A stretch of 64,000 nt of DNA from the NCBI RefSeq assembly GCF_009914755.1, contig NC_060947.1; one strand, written 5' to 3'. Both the position numbers and the translations under genes were made by a program. The notes beneath the pieces were generated by a model. The model did no database searches. It had not been told where the DNA came from and worked only from the letters and a program-made list of their open reading frames with translations. The stretch comes from the human T2T-CHM13v2.0 reference genome, Homo sapiens. Positions 1 to 23,424 of the stretch are shown here, piece by piece. Positions within the stretch are counted from its first letter, which is position 1. Each line of letters opens with the position of its first letter.

Positions 1-778
1 GGCAACACAGCGAGACCCTCCCTCTTAAAAAAGAATAAAATTGCATCAAATTGATAAACTGGATAAATCTGAAAACCAGAGACTTGGGGGAAAGGGTGGG
101 CCTCTGTCTGCATACACACAACCTCAGCCCATTAGATCACTCCATTGGAAGACATACAGAATGAACCGTTAAATAACTGCACTTCATTACAAATATACTG
201 CTGGAGATGCTTTCAAAAGAGCAGGTGATTTTTAGCCACAAACTACTATAAGCACCTTAAATCCCACTATAAACATGAATTAAATTACATTCGTTTTGAC
301 ATTATCACCTCTAAGTATTAACTCCTGAAATAAATGAAAATCGATGCCCCCTCCCCCTGCAATAATGGTTGCAGTAAAGATTAAGTACAAAAGGACTAAA
401 AACTACAGGAGCACTCTATTTTTCGTAGGAAGTTCTGAAGAATGAAAACAGTTCAAATCTGAAAAATAGGTCTGATTCTTCTTAAATGAGACTCAGTCCC
501 CTTCTCATTGAGATACAGAAAGCACAGTCTGGCCATGGGAGAAGACATTTGGATTAACTTCTTTTTGTGCATAACCCTCTCGGTGACCCACCCAAAATGA
601 AAGGTGATCAAAACAGAATTTTTGGTTACCTCGGGAGAAATTAACCCATTACTAAAGTGGCCTGTAAGGTTTAAAGTATATACTTCTGCCAATGAACTAA
701 ATCATCTTATGGGCCAAAGCAAAACAAGAGTGAGCTAAGTGTTCTGTCCCCAGCAGAGGAGGAGGATTTCATGCCCCT

Positions 779-1020
779 CATTCATTCATTCAACAAATAT
801 TTAGGTCCTGCTCTGTGCCACACACCAAAAGTGCTGAGCAAACTATGCAACACTGTGCTGTCCCTATGGTCACAGAGCTTACAGTAGAGGAGATAACTGT
901 TACGCACAAATATGTAATACTGCTACGAAAAAAAAAGGTGTTGTATGAGAAAATGGAACAGGAACCAATTTAGACTACAGGTGGGAGAGAAGGGCACTGT
1001 GAAAAAAGTGACATTTAAGC
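779..1020 (-). mobile_element. Degenerate L2 LINE 3' fragment
   Basis: cattcattcattcaacaaatatt...gagcttacagt motif typical of L2 3' ends. Confidence 0.55.
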
Positions 1021-2213
1021 CAAGGGGACAACAGATCACCACTACTTAGAAAAGGAAAACCTTTTTTGGCAAATGACCACAAATGGGATTTTAACTTTGC
1101 CTGTCAACAACGGACTGGGTTAAACCTCCTCTTTTCCAATCCTTCAGGCTTTCTGAACATCCTGACTAGTGTACTGGAATCCTATTACCTGAACACAGAA
1201 AGGTCTCACTTTATTATGATTTATTATTATCTGCAGCCTTCCTATGCCTGGCCTAGGAACATCCAAAAATAATCTGCCAGAGGCTGAAAAACAGAAGCTG
1301 GCTGTCAGCAAGAACATTACCTGGGTAGACCAAACATTTAATAGCCCAAGTAATCATAAGTGCCTTGCCAATAAAGTGGCAGCTTCTCTGGGCAGCAAGG
1401 TGGTTCCAATGCTCCGGGGTCTAAATCAAATGGGACCCAGGGGGTTCAAAGGTTAGTTGGCTACTTCGAACTGATGTTTACTCAGTAAATCAAAGACCGG
1501 ATCACCATTTCCAGGTCCCAGACCCTGAAGACTTAAAGGACAGTATGGGAAGTGGCCTTTTAGCATCACGGAGCAGAGAGCTCGCCAGGCTGGAGGAAGG
1601 CAGCAGCGAAAGGGTCGGGGCCGGGAGGAAGGGGGGCGCAAGGAGAGGAGCGTCAGGTGCTCTGGACCCCGGGACTGCGAGCCAGACCAGGAACTGGGGC
1701 GTTTCCCGCCCCACCCCCCAACCCCTGTCAACCCCCAGCAAAGGCAACCCAGCCCCCTCCAAGACCCCGAGGTTCCAGCTTCCCCCGAGACAGGACCAGG
1801 AAGACACCAGCAGCCCCGCGCAGGGCCGGAGCCCACCAGGTCCGGGTGCCCGTGTCCGCAGCGCAGAGGAGGGCGCGCTCGGGTGCAAAAATGGCCAAGA
1901 CAAAACTCTCCCCGCCCACCCGAAAAACCAACCACACCCCCTGCATCCCTCAGCCCGAGCCGCCCGGGGCCAGCCCCCGTGATCGTCTGCTCAGGCCCCC
2001 GCGGGTTCCCGTCGGCGCCGCGCGCGGGCTCGGCGGGCACACGGGCGCAAGTGGGAGTGAATGGGGGTGCGCGAGGCAGGCGAGGGCGCCCACCGCGGTG
2101 TCCCCCGTCCGGACCCTGCCCCCGGGGCGCCCTCCCGGGCTCCGCGGTTCTGGGACTGGCGCGCCGCCCTCAAGGCTGAAGTGGACGCCCGGACGCGGGC
2201 GGCCCCCACTCAC

Positions 2214-2217
2214 CCAT
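2214..2217 (-). CDS. SH3KBP1: SH3KBP1 (CIN85) exon 1 coding part: ATG G, then intron 1 running off the left end; 5'UTR extends to ~2510
   Basis: Minus strand reads gacgccaATGG|gtgagt (canonical donor); fits Met-Val start of CIN85 (MVEAIVE...) and position downstream of BCLAF3 on the same strand; identity relies on recalled synteny. Confidence 0.8.
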
Positions 2218-2375
2218 TGGCGTCGAGCCGGGCCGGGCCGCCGAGGCAGCGTGAAAGTTGGCGGAGGCGGGCGTGGGGGTTGGGGCGCCGGGATCGGGGC
2301 GCTGGGATCCAGGCGCGAGGGTCCGGACGCGGCGGCGGCTGGGCCGGCTTCTTCCTCAGTGGCGGCGGCGGCGGC

Positions 2376-2450
2376 TCAGCGCCGCCCGCTGCTGCCTCTG
2401 CTGCTGCTGCCGCTGCTGCCCCGGGGCGACTCCTGCTGCTGCTGTTGCAT
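2376..2450 (-). other. Upstream ORF in SH3KBP1 5' leader, MQQQQQESPRGSSGSSSRGSSGRR*
   Basis: gcgATGcaacagcagcagcag...cgcTGA, 25 codons, ends 158 nt before the main ATG. Confidence 0.6.
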
Positions 2451-2508
2451 CGCGGCCCAATGCGCCCGGCTGCGCCGGGTTTCCTGCTCCCCGCGAGTGG
2501 AAATTGCG

Positions 2509-2559
<51 letters not shown>
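2509..2559 (+). repeat. A51 homopolymer inside the CpG island
   Basis: Uninterrupted run of 51 A between ...aattgcg and cagcgccg... Confidence 0.97.
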
Positions 2560-2560
<1 letters not shown>

Positions 2561-4059
2561 AGCGCCGCCCAGCCCAGCGCCCGGCAGCCGCGGCCGCGCC
2601 GCCCGCTCTCCCCTCCTCCTCAGCGCTGCCGCGAGGCTCCTGCAGCTCCGCCTGCCGGGGACGCGCGGCCGCCGGGCGGGGGCGGGGCCGGAGAGGGGCG
2701 GGGCCGGGGCCGGGGCCGCGTCGGGGCAGGCGCCGGGGGCGTCCCTGCGGCTGAGGGGCTTGGGCGCCCTCCTCACCGCCCGCGCCAGAGGCACCCCTCT
2801 CCGCGCGGCTGCCACCCACCCGCAGCGGCTGGGCTGACGCCCCGGGAAGTGCCGCGAGACTCCTCGAGACCGGAGGAGAGGGGCTTCTTGGGGGAGGGGC
2901 GTGGGAGTGCAGGGGCACGTGGAGAAGGAGGAGAAGGGGGCTGAGCGGGAGGGGGCGACAAGAGGTGGAGGACGGGCTGGGGATGGAGACCAGGGCAGGC
3001 CCGGGGCCAAACGCCTGACCAGGGTGATGGCAGGTGGCCCTGGGGCATCGAGGCAATCTGGAATGAGTTTTCCCGGGGGGCTGTTGGAGGGGAAGGAAAA
3101 GGGTCCCTTGGAAGGGAGAGAAACGCGGCGTCCCTTCGGTGGGGCGTGGGAACGCAGGCAGGCCAGGTGCGAGTTCCGCACAGAGGAGGCGGTGGCACTG
3201 ACGTGGGGAAAAACGGGCGAAGGACGCAGCGGGGCCGAGGGGACGCATCGCCTCGCTGGGACCCGCCTAAGCCCCGCCCCAGTGCCTGGGCCAGGTGCGG
3301 TTCGGGTGTTCAGGAATGTTCCCGAGCTCTGACGTTCCCAGGAATCCGCTGAGATGAGGGCTGGCTCCCTCCCTAGCAGGCATTATTGTGCCTTACTGAC
3401 TCCCAGACCTGGACGGCCGACCCTTGAGTGGGCGCTAAAATGTTAACAGGGAATCCGTGGGCATTCGTGGGCAATTCAGAAGCTCCGTTTTGGGTCCATT
3501 CACCACCACACCTTTCGCCATAGATACTCTGCCTGCCACCACATTCCTCTACCGGCCCGTTATTTCCTTTTCCCTTTCCACCATCTGGTGGTAGGAAGCG
3601 ATAGTGAACTACATGGGAGACATTTAGGCAAAGAGCACGTAAGACAATAGAGAAATTACATCAGTGGCCCCTGGAAATGGAGGAGGCTGAGGGCTAGTGG
3701 ACTCAAAAGGGACAAATGAAAGCCGACCCCCTACCCAAGAGAGGGGCTGTCTCCATACCTCACCTGTGTTGGCGGGGCAACTCTTGTAAATTGGTTACCG
3801 TCCTGGGATTTCTGTAGAAAATTGTTCTTATAACTGTTTCATGAGTTTTTCAAAAAACCTCAAAGTCAGGGTCTTACAAACAAGAGATCAGTAGCATCAT
3901 CTTTCTAAATACCGTTCATGTGTGTCAAACCGATCGAAATAGGAGACTAATCAAGGGACAAGAGGCCCATCCACACAGAGGCTGCAATTGAAGTCCTAGT
4001 GTCATCAATATCAGACTCCTAAAAAAGGGATCAGAGAACACGGAGATTAAGAATGTGAA

Positions 4060-4676
<617 letters not shown>

Positions 4677-5374
4677 GAATGTGAAATGTTGAAGGCAGGG
4701 ATGATGAATACTCAAATATTCCTCCTCCAGGCACCCTGGTGCCTCACTCATTACATGTCTTGTTATATCATGTTCTAATCAGGGCAATCAAGCCTTCTGA
4801 TACCATCTTAGAGTTGACAAACACTGAAACTCACAGAGCCTGGATAAACCCTCTGCTACTGGGACATTTTTTTTCCCCCAACCCCAGAAGAACTGGTATG
4901 GGGGTCTGCTCAATTCCAGAGGTGGTTCTCTTTGGTAAGGCCGTATCAGTGGGTCATCCTAACCCTCTCTCAAAGAGCCTCAGACCCCTGAAAGTGATGG
5001 GGTACATTTCAACATGGCAACAGTTGTGCTGGCCTTGCAGTGGACTGTTATCTGGAGTGCTGAAGATTCTTGGCTGGTTGCCCAGTGCATTCTCACAATG
5101 ATGAGTCAAAAGTCTTTGAACATTGTTGATGATACCTTCCCATAGCTAAACTTACCCAGGCATCACAGAGGCCACTACACCTAAACCAGCAGATGGGGTG
5201 CGGGAACCCTGTCGGCTCAAAGAAAAAGAAAAAATCAGCAGTTTGTCTTATGTCCTGCTTGGTCTCTCTGTCCTATGTGGAGAAGACAGTCTTCTCATGG
5301 AATTTTATTTCCAACTTCACACAGGTGAACACAGATCACTTGAAATTTGGGGGGTTTGTTTCGTTTTGTTGTCT

Positions 5375-5684
<310 letters not shown>

Positions 5685-5854
5685 TGAGTCTTGTTTATTC
5701 TCTGGTCTATTTCAAGGCATATCTTTTCCTTCTTGGACAGGAATGCGGTGTCGCTCCTCCTTGATCTGCTTCCTGCGTGGTCAAATTTGCGTTACCACAA
5801 AAGAAAGACTGATGGCAAGACAATATTTTTGAAAATCCCTGAGCTATGTCCTAA

Positions 5855-6160
<306 letters not shown>

Positions 6161-6526
6161 CATGTGCCCTAATTTTAATGCCTTAACTAAACAAAGTTGT
6201 GGTGATTCTATCCAAAACACTATAGTTTATTTTTCATTTTAAGTTTCTCTGACTTATGAAAATGAACCTTCCATTTTTTCACTTATTGTTTAGTTCTTCT
6301 GAATTGTTCCTATTGTCCTTTCATTTTTCCTTGGAGAAACTTTTGCTGACCAGCACAAGGGAAGTTAATATCAAGATTCAGATCCAGCTGCTGACATGAA
6401 TAGATGCATAATTTCTCATCCTGCCTCCCTCTTACAAGAGTATCTTTTAACAAAATGGTTATTGCAATATTTCAAATGATGTAAATTCATCTCATGAATA
6501 TTTCTAGAGAAATAGGATTTTATTTA

Positions 6527-7015
<489 letters not shown>

Positions 7016-7657
7016 TCATACTTGCTATCTCTGAGTACTCGGACTTAACATCTGTAATTTGCCTTTAATGAACAATACTTTGATAACCTTTAATATTGTC
7101 TTTACATTAATATAAATTACGTGCTGAGTGCTGTACAAAAGACACTCATTGTATAGTGCTTCTGATGAACTTTATGGAGAAATGTAAAAATCTCACAGTG
7201 CCAGAAAGTAAAGATGTACTCAACAAAGGTGACAGGGCACAGCAGAAGGGCACAGGAGCCAACCCCAAAGGGCTCCCAAAGGCCAAAGCTGGAGCAATTC
7301 AAGCAACAAAATAATTAATGATTGTATTGGAAGAAAATTAATATCTTTGAGTCTATAGAAATACAACTAAATAACTGACTAGGGGAAAATATCAAGGAGA
7401 AGGGACAAGTCTTCCTTACAGAGGAATTCCAATTAAAGTGTAGGAGAAATGAGAGAAAGGGAAAAGCATCATTAGAACATCACAGTAACTGCTAATATAG
7501 GCATGATCCAACTACCGTTCACAAATGAGTGGGTGAAACTTTAAGGAGAAACAGAATATTTGCATAGCCTCAAAGTATTTTCCCTGAAATAAATATGTCT
7601 TCATATTTAAAATGGGGGAAATAGTAACTTTACTTGGAGAACTCTGGCAAACAGCAC

Positions 7658-8137
7658 TTTTTTTTTTCTTTCTTTCTCTTTTATTATACTTTAAGTTGTG
7701 GGATACATGTGCAAAATGTGCAGGTTTGTTACATAGGTATACACGTGCCATGGTGGTTTGCTGCACCCATCAACCCGTCATCTATATTAGGTATTTCTCC
7801 TAAGGCTATCCCTCCCCTAGCGCCCCACTACCCAAGAGGCCCTGGTGTGTGATGTTCCCCTCCCTGTGTCCATGTGTTCTCATTGTTCAGCTCCCACTTG
7901 TGAGTGAGAACATGCAATGTTTGGTTTTCTGTTCCTATGTTAGTTTGCTGAGAATGATGGTTTCCAGCTTCATCCATGTCCCTGCAAAGACATGAACTCA
8001 TCCTTTTTATGGCTGCATAGTATTCCATGGTGTATATGTGCCACATTTTCTTTATTCTATCATTGATGGGCATTTGGGTTGGTTCCAAGTCTCTGCTATT
8101 GTGAATAGTGCTTCTTTTGAGGAGTGTCTGTTCACTT
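7658..8137 (-). mobile_element. 5'-truncated L1PA 3' end with an internal deletion
   Basis: Aligns by eye to 55190-55620 and ~55969-55993 of the full-length L1 in this window. Confidence 0.9.
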
Positions 8138-8169
8138 TAAGCAAGCAGTCATGGCTCTGTGCTGATGGC

Positions 8170-8437
8170 TTTTTTTTTTTCTTTTTTTAGACAGGGTCTG
8201 ACTCTGTCGCCCAAGCTGGAGTGAAATGATGTGATCTCCGCTCACTGTAACCTCTGCCTCCTGAGCTCAAGCTCAAGAGATTCATGTACCTCAGGTGTGC
8301 ACCACCACACCCAGCTGATTTTTGTATTTTTAATAGAGATGGGGTTTTGCCATGTTGACCAGGCTGGTCTCGAACCCCTAGCTGAAGTGATCCACTTGCC
8401 TCAGCCTCCCAAAGTGCTGGGATTACAGGTGTGAGCC
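8170..8437 (-). mobile_element. Alu with small internal rearrangement
   Basis: Reverse Alu sequence. Confidence 0.85.
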
Positions 8438-9226
8438 TGATGGTTTTGAGGCAGGCTTTTCCATTCCTCCTTTGCTTCATGCACACCAGGTTAAAGGTAA
8501 CTGATGTCTAGATCAAAAGCCACAGAAATATTAATGACAAATGTCTTGCTCTATTATGTTTACCTGGCTTGATAGCCTCTCTTAGAATGACCCACTCCCT
8601 TCCCTCTTTTTCCTTTTCAGTAAATCTTTTTCAGCAAATCTAACAGGACTGGGTTCACCTGCTCTATAAAGATGAACAAACGAATCAAATCAGAGAAGTA
8701 GATCACTTATGAAACAGCTAAACCATGACCTTCTTTACAAGGTTTGTGGGAACGCCTCGCTTTGTAAACAAAGGAAAACACAAAGGAAGCAACTAGAAGG
8801 TGAGACGTGCATGTCCACAATGCTACAAAAATAGGATGTCCTCGTTTAAAAATCCAAAGAATGCCTGAGTAATCAACTCCCAAGCTGACTGGTCACACAA
8901 GCTTGTATCCAAAGTGCGCAAAAAGAGCCCTGGTGCACAGATGAACTTGCCAAGAACATTTTTCCATCCTTTTCCACAGCACTGCTTTGTCTAAGAAAAT
9001 AGTAAATTGGGAGAATGGTCCCAGGAGATTAACAAAAAACATGGTTTCTACTGTTTTCTACCCATCCTGCTGGTTTCCTCCCCCACCAAAATCACAAGGG
9101 GTCATGTGTAAGGAACTACATTTTCACAATTAAAAGGCAAATCAAATGATAATCAAAAAAGTTCCCAAAGCACCAGACATTAAGATCATATGTGTGATAT
9201 ATATATTGTAATAAATGTTAACATTA

Positions 9227-9625
<399 letters not shown>

Positions 9626-9672
9626 TCATCGGTAATGAAAATTTAAAAGTAGGAATTGACTTGCAAACATAG

Positions 9673-10278
<606 letters not shown>

Positions 10279-10684
10279 GGAGCACAGATTTCTAAGCAGG
10301 CTGTTTTTAGGGAGGTAACTGGTGAGCTCTGTGGAGAAAGGACTGGAGGAAGAGCTTGCAGGTGGGAGGCCAGCAACAGGCCAGAGGTGGTAAAGGCAAG
10401 AAATATGATGGCAATGATACTAACAAAGAGGAGAGGTTACATTCTAGAGCCATTTTTGAAATACATTTGACAGGCTCTGATGAGGCAGTGGATTTGACGA
10501 GAGGATAGGGAGCAAAGATGGAGGATTCAATAGAGATATTTTGTTAGTTGGCTTGGAAGTTGGATAGATAATGGAGTTTCAACTAAGTGGAGAAATCCAC
10601 TAAGTGGAGAAGGAAGTTTTTGTTGGGGTAGGGATGTGGAGGAGATAATGAATTCAAATTTGAATGTTATTAAGAGCGAATACA

Positions 10685-11830
<1,146 letters not shown>

Positions 11831-12349
11831 GTACCAAAAGAGAATGAATACATATGTGATTGGTGGGTTATATGGGGCTGGGTGGGGACGATATTCCCTG
11901 TGTTTTAACTCCTCCAATAATACCCCCACACTGCTTCCCAAACAGGAAATCAGAATTACAATAACCACCACCCCATCACCTCGGGGTTCAGAGAAACCAA
12001 GACCAGTGGCCTGAGCTGACGGTGAAACGCCACAGCCATCCCCTAGATTGTGAAGGCCCCAAAGCAGACAGCCAACCTCAGATGCATCCTCAAGCCCGAG
12101 GCTATGGGACTTAATTGAAAAGTCTCTGAACCAGGCGGTCACTTAATAAGAGATGGCACAACCCTTTTCTAGCACGACTTCTTATTAAATAGAGTCAGTC
12201 AAATCAAGTTCCTCTTCTCAAAAATAATTACAGACCAGCCAGAGGCAAAAGTGGGAAGTAAGTCAAGTTCATCTTCTTTGTTTTGCTTGCCAGCCCTGGG
12301 TTAAGGATTCTATTCCCCAGCTGAAGTTTTCTTTTCTGGACCACAGAAG

Positions 12350-12510
12350 CTCTCAAAGTGTGGTCCCCAGCCCAGCAGCAGCAGCATGTGGGAACCTGTT
12401 AGAGATGCACGCTGGGGACCCCGCCCCAGGCCTTCCGGGTCAGGAACTCTGGGGCTGGGACCCAGTAACCTGTGTTTTGATCAGCAGCTCAAGTGTGAGA
12501 ATCCCCGCTG
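12350..12510. mobile_element. MER5A-like hAT-Charlie DNA transposon relic
   Basis: tctcaaagtgtggtcccc...cagcagcagc...aagtgtgagaatcccc pattern. Confidence 0.65.
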
Positions 12511-12710
12511 TACCTCAACTCCTCAGAGCCAAGGTGAACGCTCTGTCATCTGATGAACTGCTTGGTCCTTGGCAATGAAAACGGGCTCAAGGGAGCTACC
12601 AGTGAGGCATAGCCCTGAACTGGTAAAACTGACTTGATGTTTTGCGATATATATTCATATCATTATCATTAGAAAAGTAATCTCTGCTCAGTATTTTAAA
12701 AAATAAAACA

Positions 12711-13025
<315 letters not shown>

Positions 13026-13528
13026 TTAAGGATACAGTGTATAAGGTGAAAATCTTCCATCATCTCACAATTACCAATTACTGCAGAGATAATTGATAAT
13101 CACTGTTAACTCTTGAAGGAATATTCTTCCAGACATTTTTTAAAGTGTGTAATGATACTAAGATATATGATGATTTCCACCTATTATCACTGTAATTTTT
13201 TGGAGCTAGTAATTCCTCTTTAGTGCTCTAATGATGGAAATTGAGAACACTGAAGAGGGGGTACTATTTTCCCTGGAGGACTCTCAAATCACCTTTTTCT
13301 TTTTTCCTAAATTTGAATGCATTTCATAATCTTCTTCTGGGAAGAAATTAGAATTCCTGAAAAAATGCTAAAGCAATTCTCTGATACTCTTTAATGAGAT
13401 TAAGCCCTTGTCGGGGAGACTGCTCCCTCCACCCCCTGCCCCCCTCTCAGCTGACCTAAGGTCAGAAGTCTAGTGATGTTTAGCCAGACATTCTTTCACC
13501 TTGTGTCCAGTCTGACAATGATCATCTA

Positions 13529-13968
<440 letters not shown>

Positions 13969-14490
13969 TCATAACTATAAACAACACACACAAAAACTAT
14001 CAGATATGGACTAGACCTTTTCTCAGTGCCTGAATAAAGGAATGAAAAGGTTTGACCTGCCACAAAATAGTGTTATGGGTCTTTTGAAAGTCTCTCTGGG
14101 CAAAAAGGATAATCTTAAGATAACAATCGCTACCATTTATGGAGGAGGGGGCTGCGATACTCTTATCTGCTTTTAAATTCTCACAACAGTGTCAGTTATA
14201 TGTTAGTATTAACATTGTACAAGGGAAGGAACTCAGGTTCCGAGAGGCTAAATGTCATGCCCAATCAATGTTCTTTAGCAGGAGAGAGCAGGCTTGGGAA
14301 TGTAAAGTCAGCTGTGTCTGATTCCATTAGAAATGATGACATCGTCTGAAATTGGACAAAACAGCTCATTTGTTTTCATGGTTTAGAACTCTATTCAATG
14401 GTCTTAATATAAAATGTCAATGGATCTTCGTGAGTGTTTTGCTTGGTATGAAATCTGTATACACATAAAATGCTCATGGTATAACACTAA

Positions 14491-15134
<644 letters not shown>

Positions 15135-15264
15135 CCCAGTTGCCTTTTAACTTAAAAAATACATTAAAAGCTTTGCAAGCAAATACTCCAAAAGGTTAAA
15201 AGGTCATCCTAAAGCCATGCGGCTGTTGTTGATCCGTTTTCCTTCTATTTTCTGAGCCAGCAGA

Positions 15265-15790
<526 letters not shown>

Positions 15791-16089
15791 GTTCCAGGTT
15801 TTCTTTAAAGAGCATAATTTTAATAATGGGAAAGGTTGCTTTCAAAGGTTATTGTACCTTTACTAATTTATGACTTTCCTTTTTTGAATACCTTAGAATA
15901 AGTAATGAATATAATTGAACAAATAAACACTTAAAAATTATCGCAGGACTTTGAAGTGAGCATCTAATTTGACAATTCATAGCAAAGTCTTAAAAAATAC
16001 ACACTTCTGCTCAATCCTAGCACATTGATCACTTGTGTTTATCATCTCTTCCTCTCAAATCCTGGTAAAGTGATAGTAAATAAAAGGGA

Positions 16090-16410
<321 letters not shown>

Positions 16411-16911
16411 AGGGAAATCCTCCAACCAGGACAAGGAGAACAGGAGAGGAAGCATCAAAGTGCTCGGCATCTCAAGGTACTGTTGGGGTTCAAACGGCAG
16501 CCCGGGAGGGTAACAGGCTTAGTAGGAAACCACCAAAGTGGGCTCTTCAACCTAGAAGTCTATACTCAGCCAAACCATCAATCAAATATAAACATGGAAT
16601 AATGACATTTTCAGACATGTAAGGACTCCAAATACATACCTCCCATGTCCTCGTTTTACAGAACGTCAGAAGTATGTGCTCCAGCCAAAAAAAAAAAAAA
16701 AAAAGGAGTATGTTAAGACAGCAGAAACATGAGACTTACGAAACGAGGGATCCCATACACAAATGCAGTGAGAGAGAAATCCCTGGATGGCACTGTCTGG
16801 CAGGTCAGTTCAGCTTGAACTGAATGGAGTCTCTAGGAGGGAAGTCTGGTTTAACTGAGTGTTTGGAACATGCTATTGATAAGCCTCGGGCAGATTTAAT
16901 GGAGGATCTAG

Positions 16912-17358
16912 ATGTTGGGTGGAATAATGGGCCTCCCAAACATGTTCACACCCTAATCTGTGGAGCCTGTGAATATGTTGTTACATGAAAAAAACTAAGG
17001 TTGCAATTGAAATTAAGGTTGCCAATTAGCTGCTCTTGGGATGGGAAATTTATCCTGGGTTGCGCAGGTAGACTCAATGTAATCACAAGGACCTTTCAAT
17101 ATAGAACAGGGAAGAAGAGAGTGTGGGAGTCATGACGCAGCATGAGGAAGACTTGACTGGCCATGGCCGGCTTTGAAGATGGAAGGTGGCCACCAGCCAA
17201 GGAATGCAGAAGCCTCTCGAAGCTGGAAAAAGCAAGAGATTGAATTCTCCTCTAGAGCTTCCAGAAGGAATGCAGCCCTGTCAACACTTTGATTTTAGCC
17301 CAGTCAGACCCACTTTGAACTTCTGGCCTAGTTATAGCAGCCATAGGGAACTAACACA
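16912..17358 (+). mobile_element. MLT1 (ERVL-MaLR) solo LTR, MLT1C/D-like
   Basis: gaataatgggcctcccaaa...gaagatggaag...gttatagcagccatagggaactaacaca hallmark segments. Confidence 0.8.
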
Positions 17359-17690
17359 GAGGATTTGAATGAGTGTCCAAAACCAAGCAAGTAAGAAAAT
17401 GCAAGGCAGTTATTGACATTGGGAAAAACTAAGTTGTAAAAAAGGAAACAATCTGTATAATCCACCTGGTTCAGCAAAATAAATAAAAAGAAAGAAAGAA
17501 AGAAAAAAAAACACAGCAAAAAAAAAAGAGAGAGAGAAACCAATATTTATGTGGCTGTATAATGTCAAGCAATTAATATTAACCAAAAAATATGATAATA
17601 ATAAATTGGCAGACTTTGGGGTTGGAAGGCAGGGGAGTAAGAAAGCAAAATCCTTATCTATTACTGGAGAAACTCAATAGATAGTGCCTA

Positions 17691-19383
<1,693 letters not shown>

Positions 19384-20149
19384 ACAAGGACTAAGACCAA
19401 ACTGTTAACCATGCTTACCACTGAGTAGTAGGCATACAGGTCATTTTAATGTTCTTCTTTATACTTTCCCATATTTTCTAGGATTTCTTTCCCGTATCAA
19501 GCATGCATTACTCATAACCAGAAAATAATTACTTCCATTTCGTGTAAAGAAGTAACTTTTTAAAATGAGCATCTGAGACCTTAGGGGCTAACTGCAGCAA
19601 GCAGCTGTCACCAAAATTTACACATGTAGGAGTTAGAACGGCTAAGAAAAAATATGTCAACTATCTTTATTAACTAACGCTCTCCAGAATGTGGTTTAGG
19701 TATACATGTTCTAGAAGTATGTTGGAGCCATTGCTATAAATCTACATATCGTGTTCTCTTTAGATTCTTGTTTTGAACTAAGGTCTATGAGGCCAGAACA
19801 TCTTGGCGGGCGCTGCATGTCATCTGGTTTCTAGGCAGTATTTTAGAAAGGCAGCTCAATTCCCCTTCTTGCCCAATAGGTGGGGCAAGAAAGCTTTAGA
19901 AGAGTCCCCACCTGCTAAAACATGAACAGGAAGAGACCAAATTGCAGAAAAACCAGTTAGAGCGGTTCAGAAGTCATCCCCATCCAGTTGGGTGGGATGT
20001 ATGCTAAAATTTTCCTAGGGTGAAAACTGTTTCCAGAGAGTTTTCTAGAGAATACCAAGTTGAGAGTCTATAAAATCTGTTTCAATACCTGACAATCACA
20101 CTGTAACCAGGACTTTTTTCTAGCGTTTGAAATTAAAATAGCTCAGGTT

Positions 20150-22940
<2,791 letters not shown>

Positions 22941-22959
22941 GGACCAAAATCATCAACAT

Positions 22960-23332
<373 letters not shown>

Positions 23333-23424
23333 TCATTTTGGGTTTGTCTGATGATTCTTTATGATTATATTCAAGTGCTGCATTCCCAGCCAACATACCA
23401 TATTAGTGATGCTGTGTTATCTAT

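Larger units (their letters stand above)
1600..3350. promoter_or_regulatory. CpG island / promoter of SH3KBP1 (long isoform)
   Basis: Very GC- and CpG-rich; GGGGCGGGG Sp/KLF boxes at ~2679-2703; surrounds first exon. Confidence 0.9.

Noticed and set aside
2509-2559. A51 as the tail of a processed pseudogene
   Set aside because: No upstream AATAAA, no TSD and no retrocopy body; the flank is a first exon with a splice donor on the opposite strand
1453-3352. Many long overlapping ORFs (up to 365 aa, with poly-Lys or poly-Phe)
   Set aside because: Stop-codon scarcity in a CpG island; low-complexity Arg/Pro/Gly/Ala products; poly-K/F simply reflects the A51 tract
19795-19825. CTCF-like motif (ttggcgggcgctg)
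   Set aside because: Only a partial match to the core; cannot be supported from sequence alone
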